The notes: generated by a model not told the origin, from the sequence alone. 64,000 nucleotides of DNA from Candidatus Latescibacterota bacterium (GCA_965203805.1 OZ241917.1:2944001-3008000); one strand, 5' to 3'; numbered from the stretch's first letter, positions 8,356 to 18,406 are shown. Numbers and translations: made by a program.

Positions 8356-9660
8356 ATGACCAGCATTCCGCTTCCATACCCAGCCTACAAACCGACAGGC
8401 GTCCCGTGGCTAGGGGACTTACCGGAGCATTGGGAAATGCGCCGGGGTAAGTCCCTCCTGACCCCGGTTGATATTCGTTCCGAGACCGGGGACGAAGAGT
8501 TGTTAACAGTTTCTGCTCAGCAGGGAGTTATCCCAAGGGAATCCACCGACGTAACTATGTTTAAAGCAGAATCATACGTTGGCTACAAGCTATGTTGGCC
8601 GGGAGATCTCGTGATCAACAGTTTGTGGGCTTGGGCACACGGATTAGGCGTTTCCCAGCATTACGGCATCGTTAGTACCGCCTATGGTGTCTACCGCCCG
8701 TTGTCAAGAATACATACTCAATTTATCCATCAGTTCGTCCGCTCAATCCCATTTCAATGGGAGTTGCAAGTACGCTCAAAGGGAATATGGGTATCGCGAC
8801 TTCAATTGACCGACGAGGCATTTCTAAATGCGCCGTTCCCCGTCCCAACCGTCGCCGAACAAGCCGCCATCGTCCGCTATCTTAATCACAGTGAAGAACG
8901 AATCCAGCGCTACATAAGAGCGAAGGAGCGGTTCATCCGGCTCCTTTGGGAAGAGAAGCAGACCGTAATTCACCGCGCCGTGACCCGCGGTCTCGATCCG
9001 AACGTACCCCTCAAACCCTCAGGTGTTGAATGGCTCGGCGACATCCCGGCACATTGGCAGGTTTCCAGGGTGAAGGCTGAATTCGTCTCTTTGGACAATC
9101 GTCGCGTGCCATTGAGCGCGATCGAGCGAGGAGCAATGGAAGAGCGACGATATGACTATTATGGCGCATCTGGTGTAATTGATAAGGTTGAGGACTATAT
9201 TTTTAACGATGAAGTATTGCTAATTGCAGAAGATGGAGCAAATCTCGTTCTTCGCAATTTACCACTTGCCATCATAGCTCGCGGAAAGTTCTGGGTGAAT
9301 AACCACGCACATGTATTAAAGCCTCGACATGGCAACCTTGGCTATTTGGCGGCGGCAATGGAGAGTCTAAACTATACTCCGTGGATATCCGGGGCAGCAC
9401 AACCGAAACTCACACAAGATCGACTCTTAAACATCTCGATCGCCGTGCCACCCATAGTTGAGCAAGATCAAATCATCGCCAAGGCAGAAGAACAGACAAA
9501 CAGACTGACTTTGGCCATCACACGTGCTCGGAGACAAATCGAGTTGATGCAGGAATACCGCACGAAGTTAATTGCGGACGTGGTTACCGGCAAGCTGGAT
9601 GTGCGCGGGACGGAGGTCGATTTGCCCTTTAGATTTACTGAGACGGCACCGGCAGTATAG
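8356..9660 (+). CDS. hsdS: Type I restriction-modification specificity subunit
   Basis: Two repeats of K.SGV.WLG.IP.HW, P...EQ..I helices, C-terminal LIADVVTGKLDV. Confidence 0.96.
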   Translation: MTSIPLPYPAYKPTGVPWLGDLPEHWEMRRGKSLLTPVDIRSETGDEELLTVSAQQGVIPRESTDVTMFKAESYVGYKLCWPGDLVINSLWAWAHGLGVSQHYGIVSTAYGVYRPLSRIHTQFIHQFVRSIPFQWELQVRSKGIWVSRLQLTDEAFLNAPFPVPTVAEQAAIVRYLNHSEERIQRYIRAKERFIRLLWEEKQTVIHRAVTRGLDPNVPLKPSGVEWLGDIPAHWQVSRVKAEFVSLDNRRVPLSAIERGAMEERRYDYYGASGVIDKVEDYIFNDEVLLIAEDGANLVLRNLPLAIIARGKFWVNNHAHVLKPRHGNLGYLAAAMESLNYTPWISGAAQPKLTQDRLLNISIAVPPIVEQDQIIAKAEEQTNRLTLAITRARRQIELMQEYRTKLIADVVTGKLDVRGTEVDLPFRFTETAPAV

Positions 9661-10965
9661 TAATCCGATCGAATCTCGAAAAGTGTCACTATCTACGAAA
9701 ATGGAATGAACAATGCACCGATCTGAGGAATCTCAAGATGACGATTTTATGCGTGCCGTGAAGATCGGGGAAGAAAACGCCGAATGCCTGATGCAGATGC
9801 AGAAGTGGTGCAAGCATGTTGAAATTGAACGAACTTCGGAAGGGCTATATGCGCAATTTACAGGCCTACCTATAGCAAACCACAGCTTGGCGTGTCCGAA
9901 AGTGGAGGGTAAGGCGGAGTCTATGAATCTCCGCTGGATTTTCTCGGATTTTCTTGCAGAATACTGCGCCACCTGTCCTCATCACGCACCAAACGGGGAC
10001 ACTTCGTGGGGTAGGGAGATCATTGACAGGCGCCGGAGAGAAGCCCAAGAGCGCCAGCAAGCAAAAGAGGAGGAAGCCTCCCGAATATCCAGGCTACGCG
10101 AAGAGTTACGATCAATATCCCGTGGCATTAGTGCGGAAACAGAGCCCGAATCGCACCAAGTCCTCGGATATTTAGAAGCGATATTTTCAGAAACCGAAGA
10201 CGAACGAATCGAAGCCTTCGAAAGTTTGAAGCAATCTGCCCGCGTGGGTGCAGATCTCTTTCCGGAGGCTGCTGTCGACTTGGCCTTGACGCTTGCAGGC
10301 ACCAAGGATTTTGCCATTTTCCTGCTTCCTGTCTGTACTGAACTTGCAAAGAAGCGCTCCGATTTAGGCACAAACCTAGGTCGTATAGCAATCGACAACA
10401 TTGAGAAGGGACTATGTCCAGAATTGTCCGCTTCGGTACTTGATGCACTCGGCGACGGCATTGGGTATCCACTTAGCGAACCGTCTATTGAGAAACTGCT
10501 ACTTTCACAGGATCATGAATACCCAATCGGTGGCTGGAACGAAAGTAAACCTGAGTACCCGCATAGCACCGCAGTTATTGTACGCAGTTTTGACGCCGAT
10601 CCGTACGTGGTTCAGAGCATTGTCCGTCGCGAACTGCAGAATGAGAATCCCGCTATACGCTTCGGGTTGTGTGGAGCAGTCAGGCTTATACAAAACCAAC
10701 GCCCCGAGCTAATTCGGAACCTGCTCGATGACTTCCTTCAATCACTCGATCTTCGAGAGGTCGCACGGTCGGGCGACGGGACGCCATCGGATCAAATTAT
10801 CGGCATTCTGCAATCAGCATTTCAATATTCCCCTAGCGCGGCTTCGCTATGCTCAGCCGCAACCAAAGAGGTGGTAGTCAAGAGCAGATTGTTTTTGGGT
10901 ATGTAAAACGGCGTTCATCCCCTATGATGTTGGTACCCACCGCCATCAAGGTAAGGAGGAACGCC

Positions 10966-12528
10966 GTGAAAGACTTCGTGGACCAATATAGTGAAAAAAT
11001 CACGGGCGTGGTATCCTGTTTTGATCGGATTCTGTTCAAGGGGTATCTGCCGCTGGGATTTGGAACTGCGATGGAGCGTTTCATCAGCAATCAAGGTTTG
11101 TTGTTGAAGGATTTCAAGCGTTTTGTAACGACGCATTCCGAAACGATCAAAGCGCACGCGGAGGCGATGGCGAACAAGCGCGAGCGCCCGTTCCTCTATC
11201 TCGACCGCAACAACGTCAGGAAAGAGGATGAAGCGCGACGCATCGCCCAACGAGATGGGATCACACGCGGCCTGGTCTGTGTGTTTCGCGCCGTGGAAGG
11301 CTGTCAGAGTTTCAAGCTGGTGCCGGGGGAAGGAAGGCCTCGCCTGCGCAACGCCCAGCGGAAGTGCCTGTGTTACTACTTCTACTATATCGACCGGGAG
11401 TTCGGGTTGTTGCATGTTCGCATCCAGTCGTGGTTCCCCCTGGTGGTGCAGGTCTGTCTCAATGGCCACGAATACCTGGCGCGCAAGCTTGATAAAAACG
11501 GCATTGCCTATGACAAATCAGACAACGCGTTTCTTTGGATCGACGATGTGGCCCGGGCGCAACGGTTTGCCGATCGTTTTGTCGAGAAAAATTGGCCGCG
11601 CATTCTCTCCGCGCTTGCTGGCAGGGTCAACCCCCTGCTCAAAGACCTGCTTTCGGAAATGGACTATTACTGGGTCGTTGACCAGGCCGAGTTCGCCACC
11701 GACGTGATGTTCCAAAGCCCCCACGCCCTGAAGGTGCTGTATGAAAACCTGCTCAGACATACGGTGCTGTGCTTCTCTCCCGAGGATATCCTGACCTTCC
11801 TGGGCCTGCCTGCCGAGCATAGCCCGGCGCAGGCAGGACGCAAACTCCACGGCAACTTTCAGGGCGAAGTCCTCACGGACTTCAAGAACAAACGCCACCC
11901 CGGCGCACGGGTCAAACACCGGATGTGTGAGAACTGGATTAAAATGTACGACAAACAAGGGTGCGTACTACGCGTCGAGACAGTGATCAACCATCCAAGG
12001 CAGTTCAAGGTCCGCCGCTGGGGCATACGGCAAGGACAACGGATGATGGGCTGGTATCCCATGGCCAAAGGGGTGGCCAACCTCTACCGCTATCGGGAAA
12101 TCTCATTGACGGCCAACCAACACTATCTTCAGGCGCTGTCCGCCGCACCGAACACCGCGAAGAGCCGTCACAGCCTCACCGCACTGGCCCGACCACGCAG
12201 GCACAAGGGGCGTACCTATCGGGGCTTCAACCCTGCCGATACCAACGACCTCGCCCTCTTCACCGCCGTCTTGAAAGGCGAACACGCCCTGATGGGCTTC
12301 CGCAATCAAGACATCCGCAAACACCTCTTCAAACAACCCAGATCCCTCGACCAGCGCCGACGGCAGGCCAACGCCGTCAGCCGACTCCTCAAGCGACTAC
12401 ACGTTCGGGGCCTGATCGCTAAAATCCCTCGTTCCAGAAGATGGCGCGTCACACATTCCGGACACGTTACACTTGCTACTTCCCTGACCCTTTACGACAA
12501 CCACACAACCTCTATGCAAGCAGCGTGA
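10966..12528 (+). CDS. Putative transposase with Rep_trans-like motif and C-terminal winged HTH
   Basis: AAGGAGGA RBS + GTG; IKMYDK..VLRVET motif; C-terminal SRLLKRLHVRGLIAKIPRSRRWRVT; only long plus-strand ORF in the insertion. Confidence 0.75.
   Translation: MKDFVDQYSEKITGVVSCFDRILFKGYLPLGFGTAMERFISNQGLLLKDFKRFVTTHSETIKAHAEAMANKRERPFLYLDRNNVRKEDEARRIAQRDGITRGLVCVFRAVEGCQSFKLVPGEGRPRLRNAQRKCLCYYFYYIDREFGLLHVRIQSWFPLVVQVCLNGHEYLARKLDKNGIAYDKSDNAFLWIDDVARAQRFADRFVEKNWPRILSALAGRVNPLLKDLLSEMDYYWVVDQAEFATDVMFQSPHALKVLYENLLRHTVLCFSPEDILTFLGLPAEHSPAQAGRKLHGNFQGEVLTDFKNKRHPGARVKHRMCENWIKMYDKQGCVLRVETVINHPRQFKVRRWGIRQGQRMMGWYPMAKGVANLYRYREISLTANQHYLQALSAAPNTAKSRHSLTALARPRRHKGRTYRGFNPADTNDLALFTAVLKGEHALMGFRNQDIRKHLFKQPRSLDQRRRQANAVSRLLKRLHVRGLIAKIPRSRRWRVTHSGHVTLATSLTLYDNHTTSMQAA
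11805..11837. repeat. 33-bp palindromic insertion in frame within the transposase
   Basis: CCTGCCTGC...GCAGGCAGG 9-bp stem; encodes LPAEHSPAQAG; reverse complement is 28/33 identical to the outer element at 28569-28631. Confidence 0.75.
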
Positions 12529-13917
12529 CCAAACTTCTATGCATTTTGCGTTGAAGTCTTACTGTAAGACTCTAAGGCGGTTGATACGCACCTTGCCCGG
12601 TCAATCTCACGCGTTCGCCCGGCCGTTCAGAAAAACATCGTCAGTGTTTACGAAAGACAGTTCTTAGCTCAGAGGGATCGATGGAAAAAGAACGAAAAAG
12701 AGACTGAACGAAAAGAGGTCTCGGAATCAGAAAATGTGGCGATTCAACGCCTACTGGCTTGGGCAAAAGATGACGCACTAGAAATTGAGATTCGCCGCGA
12801 TTCGGTTCAGGCGTTGAAGTCCGCCTGCACATACGCGACTACGGCCATGCTATGCCATTTTGACTTCCTCTTAGGATATTATGCAATCGTCAGCGGTAAC
12901 GAAAAGCCACCGGATCCACCTCCGAGGATTCTGCATCCCAATCAACCACGGGACACTCAGCTTGATCAACTGCAACTATTCAGGCGCAACCAACTCTGGG
13001 GATTCTTTAAGCAAAACTTGCGTTCATGCCTGCACGAGATTTGCAAAGCAAAGCCGCTAGAGGCGTTCGATTTGGTCTGCGGCTGTTTGGAAGACTCCTC
13101 AGAACCGCTTGCGGACGATTTCAAGGCGCTCTGCGTGTCGCTTCTTGGTGAACTTGGCCGAGACTACAGGCTTCAGCCACGTGTTTTGCCTCATTTGTGG
13201 CGCGCATTGATGGACTACGAATCTGCATGGGTTCGCACCAAAGCCTTACATTCTACTGTCGAGTTGTTTTCATTGTCTTCAACCTCACCACCGGCAAACC
13301 TCGTAGACACAATGATCATCCACCTCCAAGATTCAAAGGTCGGCGTTCACCAAGCTGCCTTGCGAGTTGTGTCTACATTTCCCCGTTGGTTTGACAAGAA
13401 CCAGTCGATCGAAATTCTTAGCTGTCTCGGACGACACCTTGATGTGTACGGCGATGACAAGTACCAACTTGAAAAAATATGCACAGGAATACTGAAAATC
13501 TCTTGTCGTGATAAGCGCCTCAAGCCAGTCGCTTTGCGTATGGTTGAGTCTGTGTATCCGACAGGAGAGGAATTTGTAGATAGAGACATCGCAGAACAGC
13601 TGACTCATTTCTACAAGCCAAGCAATAGATTCGCAGATTCAGTGGCCAAGGATGTCGGTACCTATTTGGCAAGCTATGACCGAGACCGCTACAACCATTA
13701 CGGGTTTTCGGAACGTCTCCGTATGTTCAAGTGGCTGCACGAACTGCCGATAGAAACACTCCAACGTGTCGCCGATAACCTTCTTTCGTCCGCAGAAGAG
13801 ATGGCTGGGAATGATTACTGGGAATCCATGCATTTCGCAAGTCTCTTTCAACATTTGCGGATGGCTGAATACGAGCATGCCGTGTTGGATTCTGTTATAA
13901 AATCTTTACCTGAAGAA

Positions 13918-14206
13918 CACTGCTGTCCAAGAACCGTCGGATTCTCAGAGATAAGGTTCGAAATATAGCTTCAATTGGCGATTTTGGACGGGTTTGACCC
14001 GGATAATGAAAACCAGGTTGCCATCGTCTGCGCAATGCTGTCCAAGAACAAAGTGACTCATCCAGTGGCCATAATCGTGCTGTTCCCGTCTCATTAAGCC
14101 CGTGAAATAGGCACTTTTTGAAACTCACGCTACCTTGGTCGAAGCGCTGCTTCGCGGAAGTGAACCAGATGCTGTCCAAGACAGAAACCGATTTTGGACA
14201 GGTGTG
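13918..14206. mobile_element. 289-bp MITE with 9-bp target-site duplication
   Basis: CCTGAAGAA at 13909-13917 and 14207-14215; imperfect TIR CACTGCTGTCCAA / TTGGACAGGTGTG; removal restores the reading frame. Confidence 0.88.
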
Positions 14207-14340
14207 CCTGAAGAACCAAGGTTTGAGACGCTCCGTGCGGATTTATATAAGATCGCGATGATCTCTGCAGGAAATGCGTCATTACAGGCTGGTGACAAAA
14301 CGACGGCTGTAGAATTCTTCGAAAAGGGAAGGCATGGAGC

Positions 14341-15837
14341 GTGATACGGGAACCGGAATTGGATCTTAAGCATGCCGCTAATTCAGCCCGGCTTATCTAT
14401 GACATACGCGTGGTTTTGAACTCGAGTACTGAATTCAATAGGGATTGGGCTAAGGAGATCGGTTCTCTGATTGACCGTATTGACGAGATCCTGGCTAAGA
14501 CGCCAATCGCGCATGTCTCATTCGAGTGGAAAGTCATGATTGCTGGGTTTCGTGTCTTATTGGGTCAGGTAAACAGTGTGGCGATTGCCGAGGGCGGCGA
14601 AGGTGACTTGACTATCGAAAGAGAAAAACGTGATGTCCTTTTCGGCGAAATGAAACGATTGGTCACGTCAAATGCCGGCCTATTACCGATCAGCACGAAG
14701 TCATCGTGGCAATCATTGCTCAATGCAGGGACAGTTGATTCCGATAGATTACGCGAATTTCTGTCAATGGTCCCGTTATCCACGTTATATTGGCAAACGA
14801 GGGAATTTGACCTTCCAGATCGGAATGCGTTTAAAGGAACCGAAGCAAAACCGAAACCGATTGTACGGGTTGTTGTATTTCTGGATAATGCTCCGATCGC
14901 AAGCCCACAGCTCTTGCGGCCAAACATTCTATATCCGCTGAAATTTAGAGTCCATGGTGTAACTTGGCCTGTCGACGGGAAGCGCTTACGCCTTGATTTG
15001 ATGACTACACTTCCACAAGAGGAGTTCTCATTGTCCGAATACACTCTCGACGCACCATCTTGTATCAAAAATGGTGAGTACCAGGGTGAATTGGCGGGCT
15101 ATATCAAGTTCAACTCGGCGCAAAGCAGCATGTTGGATGATCTTGCATTCACAGTTCGCGGAGCATTCGATACACCTGACGGGCATCCTATCGAGGTTCC
15201 AGTTATTGGTCACAATGAGTTGCGCCTCAAAATTGTCGATGAAGTCAGTCATCCTTTGATGACGGGAAACCGACGCTTGGACAGGCACGTTGCGGAGCTT
15301 ATTTCAACTCTGATATCAGACTGTCCTGAAGTTCGAGCCGAACTACCTAGCTTGTTGGTAATGCTTCACGCTTTGACCGGCTTGTTGTCTACTTATGCAC
15401 AAGAAGCCGTTTTCAAAGGGAGAAGCGACGTTTCTGAGTCGGAATTCCAGACAAAAGTGACGGGAGATTTGCGAAGACAACTCGGACCAGACGTACAAGA
15501 ACACCCACACCAGGCGGGCGGAATCCCTGATATCAGATTTCGAGGCGTAATTGTTGAGCTAAAGGTCGAAAAAGAAAACGGGAATCGAAATCACATAGCG
15601 AAAAAATACGCGGCCCAGGCAGTTCAATACGCCAGCCCTGAGGCGCGGCAGGTAAGTATTCTCCTTGTACTGGACCTGACGGAAAAGGAAAACCCACCCG
15701 GCGACATTCGCAATGACATTATGCTTACTGATGTACCGACTCATGGGACAGTTGATAGTGCCGAAAAATTCCCGTCCAAGGCGTTTGTGTTCGTGATAAA
15801 CGGGAACATGAAGAACCCATCAAGTTACTCCGCGTAA
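14341..15837 (+). CDS. Hypothetical protein with C-terminal PD-(D/E)xK nuclease-like domain
   Basis: ESEFQ...QEH...GGIPDI....VELK...QAVQY pattern; GTG overlaps the upstream TGA. Confidence 0.75.
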   Translation: MIREPELDLKHAANSARLIYDIRVVLNSSTEFNRDWAKEIGSLIDRIDEILAKTPIAHVSFEWKVMIAGFRVLLGQVNSVAIAEGGEGDLTIEREKRDVLFGEMKRLVTSNAGLLPISTKSSWQSLLNAGTVDSDRLREFLSMVPLSTLYWQTREFDLPDRNAFKGTEAKPKPIVRVVVFLDNAPIASPQLLRPNILYPLKFRVHGVTWPVDGKRLRLDLMTTLPQEEFSLSEYTLDAPSCIKNGEYQGELAGYIKFNSAQSSMLDDLAFTVRGAFDTPDGHPIEVPVIGHNELRLKIVDEVSHPLMTGNRRLDRHVAELISTLISDCPEVRAELPSLLVMLHALTGLLSTYAQEAVFKGRSDVSESEFQTKVTGDLRRQLGPDVQEHPHQAGGIPDIRFRGVIVELKVEKENGNRNHIAKKYAAQAVQYASPEARQVSILLVLDLTEKENPPGDIRNDIMLTDVPTHGTVDSAEKFPSKAFVFVINGNMKNPSSYSA

Positions 15838-16347
15838 TGGCTTTGGCGAATTCGCGTCAAGGCCAAGGCATTTGGTGCGAATTCGTTGAAATCATCTCTA
15901 TCGTAACAATTGACTGAGATCGCCCCACCGATTCTGCGTGATACGGCATCCGATCGGACACAACGCTTTCGCCACCTATGCAACCAACGCCCGCTCGGCG
16001 ATATCAGGCGATACGGCTAATCAGGAATTGTGCCATTAAACCAGAAATAGACTCAAAAGCATAATTTCAGCACAATTGCGGCATAATGTATTTCATAGAT
16101 ATCTGTTTATTTGGATCTTATTACATTGTTCCTTTTTGACAAAGCATTATGCCTTACGCAAAAAAGTCGCAATTCATATGTTCGGTGAGCGGATCCCTCC
16201 TGATATGATGAAGACCGTGCTCGGTTTAGCCTAACCGCGATTGCCGCGCCAACTGGGAATGCTGACCGATGTCGGAGGTTGCCTGACGCTGGAACCTGAA
16301 TTTCCATTGGCCTGTAATTGACTGAGAAACGTCGGAACTACAATTGA

Positions 16348-16406
16348 ATTCTATAACCCATTAATTTTATTGAAGTTGTTTAATTGACGGGTAATTGACT
16401 GGAAAC
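16348..16406 (+). repeat. 59-bp AT-rich direct repeat, copy 1
   Basis: 57/59 identical to 18254-18312; contains two TAATTGAC units 11 bp apart. Confidence 0.9.
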
Positions 16407-16595
16407 GCCACCTGCCGACCGGCGTCCGCGCGCGATTCACCTCGGATGTGCATACCGAAAAGATACTCGTAAATGAGGCGGTGGCCAATCTGTCAGAGAA
16501 GACCGATCAGCCGCACTCCTGCGCCCCGAGGAAGCCGTGATCATCGGCAGGGCGGAGATCGCCAATGGCTTCGACCTGACGCAACAGGCCGCAAA

Positions 16596-18062
16596 ATGAC
16601 AACCAATAGAAATCGAGACTACCTGCTCGACCTGATAAGAGAATTGCGCAACCTGCCTCATGAGACCGAATGGGTCGAGTTCAAGGTAAACCACCACGAA
16701 CCGAAGACCATAGGTGAGTACGTCTCCGCACTTTCCAACGCGGGAGCCCTGCATGACAAGACTCACGGATACATCCTGTGGGGCGTTGAAGATGGAACTC
16801 ACGACATTGTTGGCACAGACTTTTTTCCGGCTGTTGCGAAGAAGGGCAGCGAACCGCTGGAGACGTGGCTACTCCAGTTATTAAAACCACGCATAGACTT
16901 CCGGTTCCACGAAGTAACGATTGACGGGAAGCGGGTCGTAATTATGGAGATTGATCGTGCCTCCCGGCACCCAGTCGCCTTCGCGGGCGTCGAGTTTATC
17001 CGTATTGGCAGCACAAAGAGAAAACTCAAAGACTATCAGGAAAAGGAACGAGAACTCTGGCGCGTTTTCGACCGGGTGAGTTTCGAAGATGGCATCGCCG
17101 CCGAGCGAGTAAGTGACGGTGACGTTCTGTCAATGATCGACTACCCTGCATACTTCGATTTGCTTGAATTGCCGCTTCCCGATGGTCGTGAAGCGATCCT
17201 TTATGCATTGCAGAGTGACCGACTCATCGCCCCCGGCGAAGCGGGCGGCTTCGACATCACCAATATGGGCGCCATTTTGTTCGCCAGGAACCTTCCCGAC
17301 TTCCCGAATCTGAAGCGCAAAGCCATGCGCGTCATACAGTATCGTGGCAATGGCCGGATAGAGACATTGAGAGAGCAGGAAGGCGTTCGCGGCTATGCGG
17401 TCGGATTCAAAGGAATTATCGACTACATCATGGCGCTCGTGCCCACGAACGAAGTGATTCAACAGGCCTTGCGAAGGACGGTGCCGATGTTTCCCGACCT
17501 GGCCGTTCGAGAACTCGTTGCCAACGCGCTCATCCACCAGGACTTTCTCGTCACGGGTGCGGGACCGATGGTAGAGATCTTCGATGACCGCATTGAGATT
17601 ACGAATCCGGGCGAGCCCCTCGTGGATACGCGACGTTTTTTGGACGCATCACCCAGGTCCCGAAACGAGGCCCTGGCCTCACTGATGCGCCGGGTTCGCA
17701 TCTGCGAGGAACGGGGCAGCGGGATCGACAAGGTTGTCCTTGAAATTGAGTCATACCATCTGCCGGCGCCGCTTTTCGAGGTTCCTCCGGATTCTACTCG
17801 CGCAGTTCTCTTCGCCCACAAGACCCTGGCTGACATGGACGGAGAGGAGCGGATAAGAGCTTGTTACCTCCATGCATGCCTCAAGTACGTGATGCGAGAT
17901 TACCTTACCAATGCATCGCTTCGAGAGAGATTTGGCATCGAAGAGAATAACAAGGCTATCGCCTCTCGCCGCATTCGCGAGGCCATGGACGCTGACATGA
18001 TCAAGCCGTTTGACGAAAATGCCTCCCGAAGAATGATGAAATACGTCCCATTCTGGGCCTGA
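16596..18062 (+). CDS. AlbA_2 (Schlafen-like) + HATPase_c_4 + wHTH protein
   Basis: ETEWVEFK, SALSN, GYILWGVED; RELVANALIHQD, RIEITNPG, EERGSGIDK. Confidence 0.88.
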   Translation: MTTNRNRDYLLDLIRELRNLPHETEWVEFKVNHHEPKTIGEYVSALSNAGALHDKTHGYILWGVEDGTHDIVGTDFFPAVAKKGSEPLETWLLQLLKPRIDFRFHEVTIDGKRVVIMEIDRASRHPVAFAGVEFIRIGSTKRKLKDYQEKERELWRVFDRVSFEDGIAAERVSDGDVLSMIDYPAYFDLLELPLPDGREAILYALQSDRLIAPGEAGGFDITNMGAILFARNLPDFPNLKRKAMRVIQYRGNGRIETLREQEGVRGYAVGFKGIIDYIMALVPTNEVIQQALRRTVPMFPDLAVRELVANALIHQDFLVTGAGPMVEIFDDRIEITNPGEPLVDTRRFLDASPRSRNEALASLMRRVRICEERGSGIDKVVLEIESYHLPAPLFEVPPDSTRAVLFAHKTLADMDGEERIRACYLHACLKYVMRDYLTNASLRERFGIEENNKAIASRRIREAMDADMIKPFDENASRRMMKYVPFWA

Positions 18063-18253
18063 TCTCAATTGGCATGGATTGATCGACGGCCCGACGTCTC
18101 ACAAACCGCCAGGCATTGTATCAATTGATGAATAGATGGTCGAACGAACCAAAAATGGTCGAATGGGCCGACATATCTTTCTTTTTTAATAAGTTACGTC
18201 ACAGAGGAGCGATGGACGGCCAATTGATCAGGAAACACCCGATAGCCGTTGGT

Positions 18254-18312
18254 ATTCTATAACCCATTAATTTTATTGCATTTGTTTAATTGACGGGTAA
18301 TTGACTGGAAAC
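18254..18312 (+). repeat. 59-bp AT-rich direct repeat, copy 2
   Basis: 57/59 identical to 16348-16406. Confidence 0.9.
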
Positions 18313-18406
18313 TTCCAATGATCGCCGACGCCACTCCGCTACGTCCGTGCCCCAACCTGCTGTATACGGTCTATGCAATGCGGCATTGAAGATTGGAAGA
18401 ACGGCC

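Larger units (their letters stand above)
10833..12574 (+). mobile_element. IS-like element with hairpin ends and no terminal inverted repeats
   Basis: Interrupts a CDS at CTA (10833-10835 and 12572-12574); left hairpin GCGGCT-N11-AGCCGC; right hairpin AGTCTTAC-T-GTAAGACT; ends shared with 3586-3822. Confidence 0.88.
9713..14344 (+). pseudogene. ARM/HEAT-repeat-like protein gene (864 aa reconstructed) split by two insertions
   Basis: 9713-10834, 12574-13917 and 14216-14344 join in frame (QYSP|KAVDTH and SLPEE|PRFETL) with no stops; the final TGA overlaps the next GTG. Confidence 0.88.

Noticed and set aside
10849-10965. N-terminal extension of the transposase ORF
   Set aside because: It lies in the element's left-end hairpin region; a strong AAGGAGGA RBS supports GTG 10966
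12736-14344. ORFs 12736-13968 and 14135-14344 (and 9713-10906) as independent genes
   Set aside because: They are fragments of one interrupted gene; their apparent extra termini derive from inserted elements or internal codons
16074-16105. dif-like sequence TTGCGGCATAATGTATTTCATAGATAT
   Set aside because: The XerC-like half and spacer resemble dif, but the XerD arm (TTATGTTAAAT) is poorly matched
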